Positions 45,467 through 57,820 of a stretch of 64,000 nt of DNA are shown here, piece after piece. Position 1 is the stretch's first letter; each line of letters begins with the position of its first letter. Made by a program: the position numbers and the translations under genes. Origin of the DNA: Escherichia coli (lineage in GTDB: Bacteria; Pseudomonadota; Gammaproteobacteria; Enterobacterales; Enterobacteriaceae); the NCBI RefSeq assembly GCF_003018115.1, contig NZ_CP027457.1; one strand, given 5' to 3'. Under the pieces are notes generated by a model that was given only the letters and a program-made list of their open reading frames with translations, was not told the DNA's origin and did not search any database.

Positions 45467-47200
45467 GTGAAACAACAGATACAACTTCGTCGCCGTGAAG
45501 TCGATGAAACGGCAGACTTGCCCGCTGAATTGCCTCCCTTGCTGCGCCGTTTATACGCCAGCCGAGGAGTACGCAGTGCGCAAGAACTGGAACGCAGTGT
45601 TAAAGGTATGTTGCCCTGGCAGCAACTGAGCGGCGTCGAAAAGGCCGTTGAGATCCTTTACAACGCTTTTCGCGAAGGAACGCGTATTATTGTGGTCGGT
45701 GATTTCGACGCCGACGGCGCGACCAGCACGGCTCTAAGCGTGCTGGCGATGCGCTCGCTTGGTTGCAGCAATATCGACTACCTGGTACCAAACCGTTTCG
45801 AAGACGGTTACGGCTTAAGCCCGGAAGTGGTCGATCAGGCCCATGCCCGTGGCGCGCAGTTAATTGTCACGGTGGATAACGGTATTTCCTCCCATGCGGG
45901 GGTTGAGCACGCTCGCTCGTTGGGCATCCCGGTTATTGTTACCGATCACCATTTGCCAGGCGACACATTACCCGCAGCGGAAGCGATCATTAACCCTAAC
46001 TTGCGCGACTGTAATTTCCCGTCGAAATCACTGGCAGGCGTGGGTGTGGCGTTTTATCTGATGCTGGCGCTGCGCACCTTTTTGCGCGATCAGGGCTGGT
46101 TTGATGAGCGTAACATCGCAATTCCTAACCTGGCAGAACTGCTGGATCTGGTCGCGCTGGGGACAGTGGCGGACGTCGTGCCGCTGGACGCTAATAATCG
46201 CATTCTGACCTGGCAGGGGATGAGTCGCATCCGAGCCGGAAAGTGCCGTCCGGGGATTAAAGCGCTGCTTGAAGTGGCAAACCGTGATGCACAAAAACTC
46301 GCCGCCAGCGATTTAGGTTTTGCGCTGGGGCCACGTCTCAATGCTGCCGGACGACTGGACGATATGTCCGTCGGTGTGGCGCTCTTGCTGTGCGACAACA
46401 TCGGCGAAGCGCGCGTGCTGGCAAATGAACTCGATGCGCTAAACCAGACGCGAAAAGAGATCGAACAAGGAATGCAGGTTGAAGCCCTGACCCTGTGCGA
46501 GAAACTGGAGCGCAGCCGCGACACGCTACCCGGCGGGCTGGCAATGTATCACCCCGAATGGCATCAGGGCGTTGTCGGTATTCTGGCTTCGCGCATCAAA
46601 GAGCGTTTTCATCGTCCGGTTATCGCCTTTGCGCCAGCAGGTGACGGTACGCTGAAAGGTTCCGGTCGCTCCATTCAGGGGCTGCATATGCGTGATGCGC
46701 TGGAGCGATTAGACACACTCTACCCTGGCATGATGCTGAAGTTTGGCGGTCATGCGATGGCGGCGGGTTTGTCGCTGGAAGAGGATAAATTCGAACTCTT
46801 TCAACAACGGTTTGGCGAACTGGTTACTGAGTGGCTGGACCCTTCGCTATTGCAAGGCGAAGTGGTGTCAGACGGTCCGTTAAGCCCGGCCGAAATGACC
46901 ATGGAAGTGGCGCAGCTGCTGCGCGATGCTGGCCCGTGGGGGCAGATGTTCCCGGAGCCGCTGTTTGACGGTCATTTCCGTCTGCTGCAACAGCGGCTGG
47001 TGGGCGAACGTCATTTGAAAGTCATGGTCGAACCGGTCGGCGGCGGTCCGCTGCTGGATGGTATTGCTTTTAATGTCGATACCGCCCTCTGGCCGGATAA
47101 CGGCGTGCGCGAAGTGCAACTGGCTTACAAGCTCGATATCAACGAGTTTCGCGGCAACCGCAGCCTGCAAATTATCATCGACAATATCTGGCCAATTTAG
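45467..47200 (+). CDS. recJ: single-strand DNA-specific 5-prime to 3-prime exonuclease RecJ (577 aa)
   Basis: GTG start; DHH motifs (VVGDFDADGATS, VTDHH). Confidence 0.9.
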   Translation: MKQQIQLRRREVDETADLPAELPPLLRRLYASRGVRSAQELERSVKGMLPWQQLSGVEKAVEILYNAFREGTRIIVVGDFDADGATSTALSVLAMRSLGCSNIDYLVPNRFEDGYGLSPEVVDQAHARGAQLIVTVDNGISSHAGVEHARSLGIPVIVTDHHLPGDTLPAAEAIINPNLRDCNFPSKSLAGVGVAFYLMLALRTFLRDQGWFDERNIAIPNLAELLDLVALGTVADVVPLDANNRILTWQGMSRIRAGKCRPGIKALLEVANRDAQKLAASDLGFALGPRLNAAGRLDDMSVGVALLLCDNIGEARVLANELDALNQTRKEIEQGMQVEALTLCEKLERSRDTLPGGLAMYHPEWHQGVVGILASRIKERFHRPVIAFAPAGDGTLKGSGRSIQGLHMRDALERLDTLYPGMMLKFGGHAMAAGLSLEEDKFELFQQRFGELVTEWLDPSLLQGEVVSDGPLSPAEMTMEVAQLLRDAGPWGQMFPEPLFDGHFRLLQQRLVGERHLKVMVEPVGGGPLLDGIAFNVDTALWPDNGVREVQLAYKLDINEFRGNRSLQIIIDNIWPI

Positions 47201-47290
47201 CGTCATCTTCTCTATAAAAAAGAGCGTGGATTGGGTACAATCCCGCTCTTATCACCGCATTTTGACTAGCTCAATAAAAGAAATCAGACC

Positions 47291-48389
47291 ATGTTTGAAA
47301 TTAATCCGGTAAATAATCGCATTCAGGACCTCACGGAACGCTCCGACGTTCTTAGGGGGTATCTTTGACTACGACGCCAAGAAAGAGCGTCTGGAAGAAG
47401 TAAACGCCGAGCTGGAACAGCCGGATGTCTGGAACGAACCCGAACGCGCACAGGCGCTGGGTAAAGAGCGTTCCTCCCTCGAAGCCGTTGTCGACACCCT
47501 CGACCAAATGAAACAGGGACTGGAAGATGTTTCTGGTCTGCTGGAACTGGCTGTAGAAGCTGACGACGAAGAAACCTTTAACGAAGCCGTTGCTGAACTC
47601 GACGCCCTGGAAGAAAAACTGGCGCAGCTTGAGTTCCGCCGTATGTTCTCTGGCGAATATGACAGCGCCGACTGCTACCTCGATATTCAGGCGGGGTCTG
47701 GCGGTACGGAAGCACAGGACTGGGCGAGCATGCTTGAGCGTATGTATCTGCGCTGGGCAGAATCGCGTGGTTTCAAAACTGAAATCATCGAAGAGTCGGA
47801 AGGTGAAGTGGCGGGTATTAAATCCGTGACTATCAAAATCTCCGGCGATTACGCTTACGGCTGGCTGCGTACAGAAACCGGCGTTCACCGCCTGGTGCGT
47901 AAAAGCCCGTTTGACTCCGGCGGTCGTCGCCATACGTCGTTCAGCTCCGCGTTTGTTTACCCGGAAGTCGATGACGATATTGATATCGAAATCAACCCGG
48001 CGGATCTGCGCATTGACGTTTATCGCGCGTCCGGCGCGGGCGGTCAGCACGTTAACCGTACCGAATCTGCGGTGCGTATTACTCACATCCCAACCGGGAT
48101 CGTGACCCAGTGCCAGAACGACCGTTCCCAGCACAAGAACAAAGACCAGGCCATGAAGCAGATGAAAGCGAAGCTTTATGAACTGGAGATGCAGAAGAAA
48201 AATGCCGAGAAACAGGCGATGGAAGATAACAAATCCGATATCGGCTGGGGCAGCCAGATTCGTTCTTATGTCCTTGATGACTCCCGCATTAAAGATCTGC
48301 GCACTGGGGTAGAAACCCGCAACACGCAGGCCGTGCTGGACGGCAGCCTGGATCAATTTATCGAAGCAAGTTTGAAAGCAGGGTTATGA
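47291..48389 (+). CDS. prfB: peptide chain release factor 2 (365 aa), produced by programmed +1 frameshift: frame 0 is 47291..47365, +1 frame is 47367..48389
   Basis: Frame 0 encodes [25 protein letters not shown] then an in-frame TGA; the site AGGGGGTATCTTTGAC (SD-like element plus CTT TGA C slippery site) is intact and the +1 frame continues [11 protein letters not shown]... into the long track ORF; GGQ motif present. Confidence 0.9.
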
Positions 48390-48398
48390 GGAACCAAC

Positions 48399-49916
48399 AT
48401 GTCTGAACAACACGCACAGGGCGCTGACGCGGTAGTCGATCTTAACAATGAACTGAAAACGCGTCGTGAGAAGCTGGCGAACCTGCGCGAGCAGGGGATT
48501 GCCTTCCCGAACGATTTCCGTCGCGATCATACCTCTGACCAATTGCACGCAGAATTCGGCGGTAAAGAGAACGAAGAACTGGAAGCGCTGAATATCGAAG
48601 TCGCCGTTGCTGGCCGCATGATGACCCGCCGTATTATGGGTAAAGCGTCTTTCGTTACCCTGCAGGACGTTGGCGGTCGCATTCAGCTGTACGTTGCCCG
48701 TGACGATCTGCCGGAAGGCGTTTACAACGAGCAGTTCAAAAAATGGGACCTCGGCGACATCCTCGGCGCGAAAGGTAAACTGTTCAAAACCAAAACCGGC
48801 GAACTGTCTATCCACTGTACCGAGCTGCGTCTACTGACCAAAGCACTGCGTCCGCTGCCGGATAAATTCCACGGCTTGCAGGATCAGGAAGCGCGCTATC
48901 GTCAGCGTTATCTGGATCTCATCTCTAACGATGAATCCCGTAACACCTTTAAAGTGCGCTCGCAGATCCTCTCTGGTATTCGCCAGTTCATGGTGAACCG
49001 CGGCTTTATGGAAGTTGAAACGCCGATGATGCAGGTGATCCCTGGCGGTGCCGCTGCGCGTCCGTTTATCACCCACCATAACGCGCTGGATCTCGACATG
49101 TACCTGCGTATCGCGCCGGAACTGTACCTCAAGCGTCTGGTGGTCGGTGGCTTCGAGCGTGTATTCGAAATCAACCGTAACTTCCGTAACGAAGGTATTT
49201 CCGTACGTCATAACCCAGAGTTCACCATGATGGAACTCTACATGGCTTACGCAGATTACAAAGATCTGATCGAGCTGACCGAATCGCTGTTCCGTACTCT
49301 GGCACAGGATATTCTCGGTAAGACGGAAGTGACCTATGGCGACGTGACGCTGGACTTCGGTAAACCGTTCGAAAAACTGACCATGCGTGAAGCGATCAAG
49401 AAATATCGCCCGGAAACCGACATGGCGGATCTGGACAACTTCGACTCTGCGAAAGCGATTGCTGAATCTATCGGCATCCACGTTGAGAAGAGCTGGGGTC
49501 TGGGCCGTATCGTTACCGAGATCTTCGAAGAAGTGGCAGAAGCACATCTGATTCAGCCGACCTTCATTACTGAATATCCGGCAGAAGTTTCTCCGCTAGC
49601 GCGTCGTAACGACGTTAACCCGGAAATCACAGACCGCTTTGAGTTCTTCATTGGTGGTCGTGAAATCGGTAACGGCTTTAGCGAGCTGAATGACGCGGAA
49701 GATCAGGCGCAGCGCTTCCTGGATCAGGTTGCCGCGAAAGACGCAGGTGACGACGAAGCGATGTTCTACGATGAAGATTACGTTACCGCACTGGAACATG
49801 GCTTACCGCCGACAGCAGGTCTGGGAATTGGTATCGACCGTATGGTAATGCTGTTCACCAACAGCCATACCATCCGCGACGTTATTCTGTTCCCGGCGAT
49901 GCGTCCGGTGAAATAA
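48399..49916 (+). CDS. lysS: lysyl-tRNA synthetase, constitutive (505 aa)
   Basis: [34 protein letters not shown]-terminus; class II aaRS. Confidence 0.95.
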   Translation: MSEQHAQGADAVVDLNNELKTRREKLANLREQGIAFPNDFRRDHTSDQLHAEFGGKENEELEALNIEVAVAGRMMTRRIMGKASFVTLQDVGGRIQLYVARDDLPEGVYNEQFKKWDLGDILGAKGKLFKTKTGELSIHCTELRLLTKALRPLPDKFHGLQDQEARYRQRYLDLISNDESRNTFKVRSQILSGIRQFMVNRGFMEVETPMMQVIPGGAAARPFITHHNALDLDMYLRIAPELYLKRLVVGGFERVFEINRNFRNEGISVRHNPEFTMMELYMAYADYKDLIELTESLFRTLAQDILGKTEVTYGDVTLDFGKPFEKLTMREAIKKYRPETDMADLDNFDSAKAIAESIGIHVEKSWGLGRIVTEIFEEVAEAHLIQPTFITEYPAEVSPLARRNDVNPEITDRFEFFIGGREIGNGFSELNDAEDQAQRFLDQVAAKDAGDDEAMFYDEDYVTALEHGLPPTAGLGIGIDRMVMLFTNSHTIRDVILFPAMRPVK

Positions 49917-49930
49917 GCATTACGTTATGC

Positions 49931-49958
49931 TCACAACCCCGGCAAATGTCGGGGTTTT
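49931..49958. terminator. bidirectional intrinsic terminator between convergent lysS and idi
   Basis: aaccccg/cggggtt stem flanked by an A-run and a T-run. Confidence 0.7.
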
Positions 49959-50507
49959 TTATTTAAGCTGGGTAAATGCAGATAATCGTATTCTGGCTTC
50001 GCGATTTGTCGCCTGCATCACCATCCACGGACTGAACGCCCACGGCGTGGCATCAATACCGCGTAATACATCAGCTAAATCACACCATTGATAATCCATC
50101 ACTTCATCATCGTTGATCTGTAACGCACTGGTGGTGCGTGCGGCAAATACCGGACACACTTCATTTTCCACAATGCCATTCGGATCGGTGGCGCGATAGC
50201 GAAAGTCAGGATAGATAGATTCAGGAGGCGTAATTTCCACGCCAAGCTCATAACGGCAACGGCGGATCACCGCGTCTTCGTTGCTTTCTCCCAGTTGTGG
50301 GTGCCCACAAACCGAGTTAGTCCACACGCCAGGCCATGCTTTTTTGCTCAGTGCGCGGCGGGTAACTAATAATTGTCCTTTGGCATTAAACAGCCAACTG
50401 GAGAACGCGAGATGTAAGCGGGTGTCTGCCGTGTGTGCGGCATACTTTTCCAGCGTACCCGTGGGAACTCCCTGTGCATTCAATAAAATGACGTGTTCCG
50501 TTTGCAT
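49959..50507 (-). CDS. idi: isopentenyl-diphosphate delta-isomerase, Nudix family (182 aa)
   Basis: [41 protein letters not shown]. Confidence 0.9.
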   Translation of the reverse strand: MQTEHVILLNAQGVPTGTLEKYAAHTADTRLHLAFSSWLFNAKGQLLVTRRALSKKAWPGVWTNSVCGHPQLGESNEDAVIRRCRYELGVEITPPESIYPDFRYRATDPNGIVENEVCPVFAARTTSALQINDDEVMDYQWCDLADVLRGIDATPWAFSPWMVMQATNREARIRLSAFTQLK

Positions 50508-50756
50508 AATTTCTCACATGTAATTCTGATCACTCATCATTATAGATAATTGAAGAGTGAAATGATTAACCAAGTGAGCGTTTATCGACAACCGCCCGTT
50601 TTGAGCGGATGTCGACAGGTAAAAACCATTTAAAAAAGTAGCATCATATATTTGAAGCGACTTTCAATGGCCATTGCAACACAGTCAGAAATGACAGGAA
50701 TAGAGAGAGTAAAAAGCAACAGCAGACTGAATATAGCGCGCATTAAAAAATTCATA

Positions 50757-52205
50757 TTATTCTCCATGCTCATTTTTCTTCAGCTTGCGCATCAGAAGCC
50801 ACATACGTACTGTCCTGACTTTTAAATCTTTATCAGAGACGGATTCCTTCACCAGGTCAGCATGATGCTGGTAGCCATTAAAGAAGACATTCAGCACAAC
50901 GGCGCTAAGGGTTGCGAGCATAATGCCGCTATGCAGCAGCGGTTGCAGTACGGCCGGTAACTTAGAAAAGAAATCGTGAGAGAGCGTCGGAGTCATGCCA
51001 ACGCCGAGACTGATCGCCACAATATAGAGGTTGTAACGGTTGGTGGTGTAGTTACAGCGCGACAGAATTCGAATCCCTGTCGCCAGTACCATGCCGAACA
51101 TCACCAGCCCAGCGCCGCCCAGCACAAATTGCGGAATGGAGGCTACCAGCACCGCCATTTTTGGCACCATGCCAAACAGGATTAATATAATTCCCGAAGA
51201 AATACACACCCAGCGGCTATGAACGCGCGTCACGCTAACCAGGCCAACGTTTTGAGAAAATGACGTGTGGGGGAAGCTGTTAAACGTGCCACCAATCATT
51301 GTCCCTACGCCATCGACACGCAGCCCGCGAATAATATCGTGCGAAGAGAGTTTACGACCGACTATTTCACCCAGTGCCAGGAACATCCCCATCGACTCGA
51401 TAAACACGATGATTAACACGGCAGTCATGGTCAGAATGGAAACGGGATCGAAAATCGGCATACCAAACGACATCGGCGTAACAATCGCAAACCACGAGGC
51501 ATCATGTAGCCCGGATAAATTGACTTCATTCATCATCCACGAAAGTAAAAAGCCAAATACAATCCCCAGTAATACGGCGACGTTGGACATAAATCCTTTC
51601 GCATAGCGAGTAATGAGCAAGATAAAAATTAAGACGGCAAAGGAGATACCTAAATAAACGGGATTACCATATTGCGGATTCCCTTTACCTCCGGCGGCCC
51701 AGTCAATACCCACCTGAATGATGCTAAGCCCGATAGAAGTAATAACCACACCGGTAACCAGTGGCGGAAATAAAGGCATCAAGCGACCGATAAGTGGCGC
51801 TAATAATGTGGTGATAAAACCCGCGGCGATAGTGGCACCAAATATCCCCAGCAGGCCGATATCCGGGTTCATCCCAATGGCTATCATTGGTGTTACAGCA
51901 GCAAAGGTCACCGACATAATCACCGGCAGGCGGATCCCCATAAAGCGGCCGATACCGATACATTGCAATAATGTGACGATCCCGCAGCAAAAGAGATCCG
52001 AGCTAATGAGCATCGCAATAGCATCTTTTGAGAGGCCCAGTCGGTCACCAATCATAAGAGGAACAGCGACTGCACCTGCGTACATGACAAGGACGTGTTG
52101 CAGACCGAGTATGATCAGCTTTCCTGGTGATAATATGCGGTCAACCTCATCAGTTGGGCGGTCTTGCCCAGAAGATGAGGGAAGTTGGGAATCTATGGCG
52201 CTCAT
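50757..52205 (-). CDS. uacT: uric acid/xanthine-family NCS2 permease (482 aa)
   Basis: MSAIDSQLPSSSGQDRPTDEVDR N-terminus at ATG 52205; NCS2 hydrophobic profile; the track ORF has a spurious 43-codon extension. Confidence 0.85.
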   Translation of the reverse strand: MSAIDSQLPSSSGQDRPTDEVDRILSPGKLIILGLQHVLVMYAGAVAVPLMIGDRLGLSKDAIAMLISSDLFCCGIVTLLQCIGIGRFMGIRLPVIMSVTFAAVTPMIAIGMNPDIGLLGIFGATIAAGFITTLLAPLIGRLMPLFPPLVTGVVITSIGLSIIQVGIDWAAGGKGNPQYGNPVYLGISFAVLIFILLITRYAKGFMSNVAVLLGIVFGFLLSWMMNEVNLSGLHDASWFAIVTPMSFGMPIFDPVSILTMTAVLIIVFIESMGMFLALGEIVGRKLSSHDIIRGLRVDGVGTMIGGTFNSFPHTSFSQNVGLVSVTRVHSRWVCISSGIILILFGMVPKMAVLVASIPQFVLGGAGLVMFGMVLATGIRILSRCNYTTNRYNLYIVAISLGVGMTPTLSHDFFSKLPAVLQPLLHSGIMLATLSAVVLNVFFNGYQHHADLVKESVSDKDLKVRTVRMWLLMRKLKKNEHGE

Positions 52206-52640
52206 CAGTGTTTCTCCTTTCGCCCGCCAGAGTAAAAAGCAACCGTTTACGTTAATGAAACTGTCTAAACACATGCTCGTGGAGTGCCAGTTTTTGCGAG
52301 GAAGGGGAGTTAGAGACAGGAATTGCGGAGGCAATCACATAATCGTGGTTAAACCACGAAAATGAGAAGAGAACCTGACAATGGAATTATCTGTAATTTT
52401 CTCATATTGATATTTCATTAATCATTCTGGCATGTCGCACTCTCGCATTTAATCGTTTTTATCTGGATAGCGCTCTTTTGATCGGCAATGTTGAAATAAT
52501 GAAAGCGGCATAGATTGAGGGGCAATAATTTGAACTCAGTCGCAAAATTATAATTAAAACGGTCATGCTACCTAATATATGCCCGTTTATTGCATCGCGA
52601 AATTTGAGAAGACATAACTCATTAAATGAAAGGGATGCAA

Positions 52641-54560
52641 ATGAATAAGTTTATCGCTGCTGAAGCTGCGGAATGTATAGGCTGTCATGCTTGTGAAATT
52701 GCCTGTGCGGTGGCACACAATCAAGAAAACTGGCCGCTGAGTCACAGTGACTTTCGACCACGTATCCACGTTGTAGGGAAAGGCCTGGCTGCGAATCCGG
52801 TGGCCTGCCATCACTGCAACAATGCCCCTTGCGTTACGGCTTGTCCGGTTAATGCTCTGACTTTCCAGTCCGATAGCGTACAACTGGACGAGCAAAAATG
52901 TATTGGTTGTAAAAGATGCGCAATCGCTTGCCCCTTTGGCGTCGTTGAGATGGTCGATACGATTGCGCAGAAATGCGACCTTTGTAACCAGCGCAGTTCC
53001 GGCACGCAAGCCTGTATTGAAGTCTGCCCAACACAGGCGTTACGGCTGATGGACGATAAAGGGTTACAGCAGATAAAGGTGGCCCGCCAGCGCAAAACGG
53101 CAGCAGGAAAAGCGTCATCAGACGCTCAGCCATCTCGCAGTGCAGCGTTGCTCCCCGTTAACTCGCGTAAAGGCGCAGATAAAATTTCAGCAAGTGAACG
53201 GAAAACCCACTTTGGCGAAATCTATTGCGGGCTGGATCCACTGCAAGCGACTTATGAGAGTGACCGCTGTGTTTATTGTGCCGAAAAAGCTAACTGCAAC
53301 TGGCATTGCCCGCTGCATAACGCTATTCCGGATTACATCCGTCTGGTACAGGAAGGAAAGATTATTGAAGCGGCAGAACTTTGCCACCAGACCAGTTCCT
53401 TACCAGAAATTTGCGGCAGGGTATGTCCACAGGACCGTCTTTGTGAAGGCGCATGTACTTTGAAAGATCACTCGGGCGCAGTCTCTATCGGTAATCTGGA
53501 ACGCTACATCACCGATACCGCGCTGGCGATGGGCTGGCGTCCCGATGTCAGCAAAGTTGTTCCCCGTAGCGAAAAAGTGGCGGTGATTGGCGCTGGGCCA
53601 GCAGGGTTAGGGTGTGCTGATATTCTGGCGCGCGCGGGAGTTCAGGTTGATGTCTTTGATCGCCATCCAGAAATTGGCGGTATGCTGACTTTTGGCATTC
53701 CTCCTTTCAAACTCGATAAAACGGTATTAAGCCAGCGGCGAGAGATATTCACCGCAATGGGAATCGACTTTCATCTTAACTGTGAAATTGGCCGCGATAT
53801 TACCTTTAGCGATTTAACTTCTGAATATGATGCAGTTTTCATCGGCGTGGGGACTTACGGGATGATGCGAGCAGATCTGCCGCATGAAGATGCGCCCGGT
53901 GTCATTCAGGCTCTACCGTTCCTGACTGCCCATACCCGCCAGCTCATGGGATTGCCGGAGTCTGAAGAGTATCCGCTGACGGACGTGGAAGGTAAGCGAG
54001 TCGTGGTATTGGGCGGTGGCGATACGACAATGGATTGTTTGCGGACTTCCATCCGCCTCAATGCCGCCAGCGTGACCTGCGCGTATCGTCGTGATGAAGT
54101 CAGTATGCCGGGCTCGCGCAAAGAGGTGGTTAATGCGCGCGAGGAAGGTGTCGAGTTTCAGTTCAATGTTCAACCGCAATATATCGCTTGTGACGAAGAT
54201 GGGCGTTTAACTGCGGTGGGCCTGATTCGTACCGCCATGGGTGAGCCGGGGCCGGATGGTCGCCGTCGTCCTCGTCCGGTAGCGGGTTCAGAGTTTGAAT
54301 TGCCCGCCGATGTTCTGATTATGGCCTTTGGTTTCCAGGCGCATGCCATGCCGTGGTTGCAGGGCAGCGGAATTAAACTCGATAAATGGGGCCTGATTCA
54401 AACCGGTGACGTCGGGTATTTACCTACCCAGACGCATCTGAAAAAAGTCTTTGCTGGTGGTGATGCAGTTCATGGCGCGGATCTGGTTGTCACTGCAATG
54501 GCCGCAGGAAGGCAGGCGGCGCGCGATATGTTAACTCTGTTTGATACGAAGGCATCGTGA
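52641..54560 (+). CDS. ygfT: Fe-S flavoprotein oxidoreductase: N-terminal 4Fe-4S ferredoxin domains fused to a GltD-like NAD(P)H/FAD domain (639 aa)
   Basis: Multiple CxxCxxCxxxCP clusters followed by a dinucleotide-binding motif [14 protein letters not shown]. Confidence 0.85.
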   Translation: MNKFIAAEAAECIGCHACEIACAVAHNQENWPLSHSDFRPRIHVVGKGLAANPVACHHCNNAPCVTACPVNALTFQSDSVQLDEQKCIGCKRCAIACPFGVVEMVDTIAQKCDLCNQRSSGTQACIEVCPTQALRLMDDKGLQQIKVARQRKTAAGKASSDAQPSRSAALLPVNSRKGADKISASERKTHFGEIYCGLDPLQATYESDRCVYCAEKANCNWHCPLHNAIPDYIRLVQEGKIIEAAELCHQTSSLPEICGRVCPQDRLCEGACTLKDHSGAVSIGNLERYITDTALAMGWRPDVSKVVPRSEKVAVIGAGPAGLGCADILARAGVQVDVFDRHPEIGGMLTFGIPPFKLDKTVLSQRREIFTAMGIDFHLNCEIGRDITFSDLTSEYDAVFIGVGTYGMMRADLPHEDAPGVIQALPFLTAHTRQLMGLPESEEYPLTDVEGKRVVVLGGGDTTMDCLRTSIRLNAASVTCAYRRDEVSMPGSRKEVVNAREEGVEFQFNVQPQYIACDEDGRLTAVGLIRTAMGEPGPDGRRRPRPVAGSEFELPADVLIMAFGFQAHAMPWLQGSGIKLDKWGLIQTGDVGYLPTQTHLKKVFAGGDAVHGADLVVTAMAAGRQAARDMLTLFDTKAS

Positions 54561-55048
54561 TGAAATCGTTAATTATCGTTAATCCGGCTGACTGTATTGG
54601 CTGCCGTACTTGTGAAGTAGCCTGTGTGGTCGCTCACCCTTCAGAACAGGAGTTGAATGCCGATGTCTTTTTACCCCGGCTGAAGGTACAGCGACTGGAC
54701 AGCATCAGTGCGCCGGTGATGTGCCATCAGTGTGAAAACGCCCCTTGTGTTGGCGCTTGCCCCGTGGGGGCGCTGACGATGGGCGAGCAGGTGGTGCAGA
54801 CCAATTCTGCCCGTTGTATTGGCTGTCAGAGTTGCGTCAGTGCGTGCCCGTTGGGAATGATCACCATTCAGTCGTTGCCGGGGGATACCCGACAACAAAT
54901 TGTGAAATGCGATCTCTGTGAACAGCGGGAAGAGGGGCCAGCCTGTGTTGAATCTTGCCCGACACAGGCGCTGCAGTTGCTTACTGAAAGAGAACTCAGG
55001 CGAGTCCGCCAGCAGCGTATTGTTGCCAGCGGTGAGAATCCTCTGTGA
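54560..55048 (+). CDS. ygfS: 4Fe-4S ferredoxin-type protein (162 aa from ATG 54560; GTG at 54557 also possible)
   Basis: Four CxxCxxCxxxCP motifs; start overlaps the ygfT stop. Confidence 0.85.
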   Translation: MKSLIIVNPADCIGCRTCEVACVVAHPSEQELNADVFLPRLKVQRLDSISAPVMCHQCENAPCVGACPVGALTMGEQVVQTNSARCIGCQSCVSACPLGMITIQSLPGDTRQQIVKCDLCEQREEGPACVESCPTQALQLLTERELRRVRQQRIVASGENPL

Positions 55049-55083
55049 AAGAAATCTCCGCGCTGAAAGGCGCGGAGAATCTA

Positions 55084-56451
55084 TTAGATTGCCCAACCAC
55101 CCGCGTAAAATGCGACCAGTGCGGCAGTAATGATCACCGTACCAATATTCAACTTTTGCCATTCGCGAGCAAAGACACGGCCTACGACCAGTGTCACAAA
55201 GCCCAGCATAATACCGGTAACGATATTACAAGTCAGAACGATGAACACGGCACACACCAGGCCAGCCATTGCGTCAATAAAATCGTTGAAATCCAGCTTC
55301 GAGACGTTACTTAACATCAGCAAACCCACGTACATCAGAGCGGGTGCAGTGGCGTAACCAGGGATCAAAAATGACAGCGGTGATAAGAACAGAATCAGCA
55401 GGAATAACGCCCCCACTACGGTTGCGGTCAACCCTGTTTTACCCCCGGCGGCGGTTCCTGCCGCTGATTCGATATAAACCGCTGCGGGCGCTGCGCCCAC
55501 CAGACCGGAGAATATTGAACTTACTGAGTCACTGGTCAGGGCTTTGCCGCCATTGATGATCTGGTTGTCTTTATCCAACAAATTCGCCTGACCGGCGACG
55601 GCACGGATGGTGCCAGTGGCGTCGAACACTGCGGTCATCACCAATGCCAGTACACTCGGAAGTACGGTTGGCTGGAGTGCGCCCATAATATCGAGGCTGA
55701 AAATCAGAGACTTACCATCTTCGCCAGTCAGACTTGGCATCGCCACCAGACCGTGGTATTTCACCGCTGGGTCAAAGATTAAGCCGATAATCGAAATTGC
55801 GATAATCACCAACAAGATCCCGCCGGGTACGCGGCACTTCTCCAGACCGAAGATGACCGCCAGCCCCAGCAAGCTCATCATCACCGGGAAGGAGGTAAAC
55901 GCACCGAGCGCCACTGGCAAGCCTTCAATCGGGTTTTTGATAACCATACCCACACCGTTAGCAGCAATCAGCAGCAGAAACAGGCCGATACCGATACCTG
56001 TACCGTGAGCGATACCCATCGGTAAATTACGTAAGATCCAGGTACGCACACCGGTTACGGAAATAGCGGTGAAGATGACGCCCATCAGAAAGACCGCGCC
56101 CAGTGCGACAGGAACGCTAATTTGTTGCCCGAGTACCAGACTGAATGCGGTAAATGCCGTCAAGGAAATCGCACAACCAATCGCCATTGGCAAATTGGCC
56201 CACAACCCCATCAGCAACGAGCCGAAGCCCGCGACCAGACAGGTGGCAACAAACACAGCTGCGGGAGGAAAACCTGCTTTGCCCAGCATTCCCGGAACGA
56301 CGATAACGGAATAAACCATGGCCAGAAAGGTCGTTAAGCCAGCCAGTACTTCCTGACGAACGGTACTGCCACGAGCGGTAATTTTAAAATAATTATCCAG
56401 CGCGCCCTGTGGCTTTGGTGCGTCCGGTGTTTGTAGGATGTCTCCAGACAT
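55084..56451 (-). CDS. ghxQ: guanine/hypoxanthine permease, AzgA-like NCS2 family (455 aa)
   Basis: [47 protein letters not shown]. Confidence 0.85.
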   Translation of the reverse strand: MSGDILQTPDAPKPQGALDNYFKITARGSTVRQEVLAGLTTFLAMVYSVIVVPGMLGKAGFPPAAVFVATCLVAGFGSLLMGLWANLPMAIGCAISLTAFTAFSLVLGQQISVPVALGAVFLMGVIFTAISVTGVRTWILRNLPMGIAHGTGIGIGLFLLLIAANGVGMVIKNPIEGLPVALGAFTSFPVMMSLLGLAVIFGLEKCRVPGGILLVIIAISIIGLIFDPAVKYHGLVAMPSLTGEDGKSLIFSLDIMGALQPTVLPSVLALVMTAVFDATGTIRAVAGQANLLDKDNQIINGGKALTSDSVSSIFSGLVGAAPAAVYIESAAGTAAGGKTGLTATVVGALFLLILFLSPLSFLIPGYATAPALMYVGLLMLSNVSKLDFNDFIDAMAGLVCAVFIVLTCNIVTGIMLGFVTLVVGRVFAREWQKLNIGTVIITAALVAFYAGGWAI

Positions 56452-56486
56452 AATGATGTCCTCACGAGGATGTTAAAGTTTTATTA

Positions 56487-57806
56487 TTAGTTGCGTTCGT
56501 ACACCAGACGACCATCAACGTAGGTGCGGTAGATCGAACGGTCATCGCCCAACGTCATCATCACGAACAATTTGTCGACTAAAGAAACAGAGTTGTCATA
56601 GCGCAGCTGCTGTAGCGGAGTGGCGGTGGGTTCCATCACCACGAAATCAGCCTCTTTGCCAGGTAAAAAGTTGCCAATCAAATCGTCAAGGCCCAGAGAT
56701 TTCGCTCCGCCGAGCGTGGCCAGGTAAAACGCTTCATATGCCGAGAGGCGATAGCCTTGTAATTGCAATACTTTGTAGGCTTCGTTCAGCGTTTGCAGCA
56801 TGTTGAAAGTGGTTCCGGCACCGATATCCGTTCCCATGCCCACTTTAACTTTCTTCTGCCATGCTTTTTTCAAGTTGAATAACCCGCTGCCGAGGTAAAG
56901 GTTGGAGGTCGGACAGAAAGCAATGCTGGATTTGGTTTCGCTGAGACGATCCCACTCTTTTTCTTCGAGATGGACGCAGTGAGCAAAGACACAGTTTTTA
57001 CCGGTCAGGCCGTACTGATGGTAAACATCCAGATAACCATCATGGTCAGGATAAAGCGATTTCACCCAGGCAATTTCATCTTTGTTTTCACAGAGATGGG
57101 TATGTACCCACGTATCCGGATATTCCTCTTTCAGGCGTTGCGCCATCGCCATCTGTTCAGGAGATGAGGTAGGGGCGAATCGTGGCGTAATCGCATACAA
57201 CAGACGACCATTTTTGTGCCAGCGTTCGATCAGTTCTTTGCTTTGGTGATAGCTGCTTTCGGCAGTGTCGAGCAGATAATCCGGTGCGTTGCGGTCCATC
57301 ATCACCTTACCGGCAATCATACGCATATTGATATGACTGGCGGCTTCAAACAGCGCATCAACAGATTGCGGATGAACAGTGCCAAACACCAGCGCCGTGG
57401 TGGTTCCGTTACGTAAAAGCTGCTTGATGAAGAACGCCGACATTTCGCGGGCGTACTCTAAATCCTCATAACGACGTTCAGTAGGGAAGGTGTGTTTATT
57501 CAACCACTCCAGCAATTGCTCACCATAGGCCCCCACCATTTCACTTTGCGGATAATGGATATGTGTATCGACAAAGCCCGGTACTATCAGTTTGCCGCGA
57601 TAGTCGCGCACGCGAATGGTGTCAGGAATTTGATGCTTTCCGTTTTCCCATTCGCCAAACCATTCCACTTTTCCCTGTTTAATGAGTAATAAACCATCCT
57701 CAATAAACCGCAGCGCAGAGGCAATCTCTTCCGGGTTATCGACCGTACGGGTGACATCAATAAAACTGCCTCGTACCGCTTTTAACGTGTGTTTTCCTGA
57801 CATCAT
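56487..57806 (-). CDS. guaD: guanine deaminase, amidohydrolase superfamily (439 aa)
   Basis: MMSGKHTLKAVRGSFIDVT N-terminus; metal-binding HxH (GFVDTHIHYPQ). Confidence 0.9.
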   Translation of the reverse strand: MMSGKHTLKAVRGSFIDVTRTVDNPEEIASALRFIEDGLLLIKQGKVEWFGEWENGKHQIPDTIRVRDYRGKLIVPGFVDTHIHYPQSEMVGAYGEQLLEWLNKHTFPTERRYEDLEYAREMSAFFIKQLLRNGTTTALVFGTVHPQSVDALFEAASHINMRMIAGKVMMDRNAPDYLLDTAESSYHQSKELIERWHKNGRLLYAITPRFAPTSSPEQMAMAQRLKEEYPDTWVHTHLCENKDEIAWVKSLYPDHDGYLDVYHQYGLTGKNCVFAHCVHLEEKEWDRLSETKSSIAFCPTSNLYLGSGLFNLKKAWQKKVKVGMGTDIGAGTTFNMLQTLNEAYKVLQLQGYRLSAYEAFYLATLGGAKSLGLDDLIGNFLPGKEADFVVMEPTATPLQQLRYDNSVSLVDKLFVMMTLGDDRSIYRTYVDGRLVYERN

Positions 57807-57820
57807 TGACTCCTTTACTG

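Noticed and set aside
47291-47510. Apparent frameshift or truncation of prfB
   Set aside because: This is the conserved programmed +1 frameshift site, not a pseudogene. An initial mis-indexing of the sequence suggested an extra G; on re-reading, the frames join exactly as expected.
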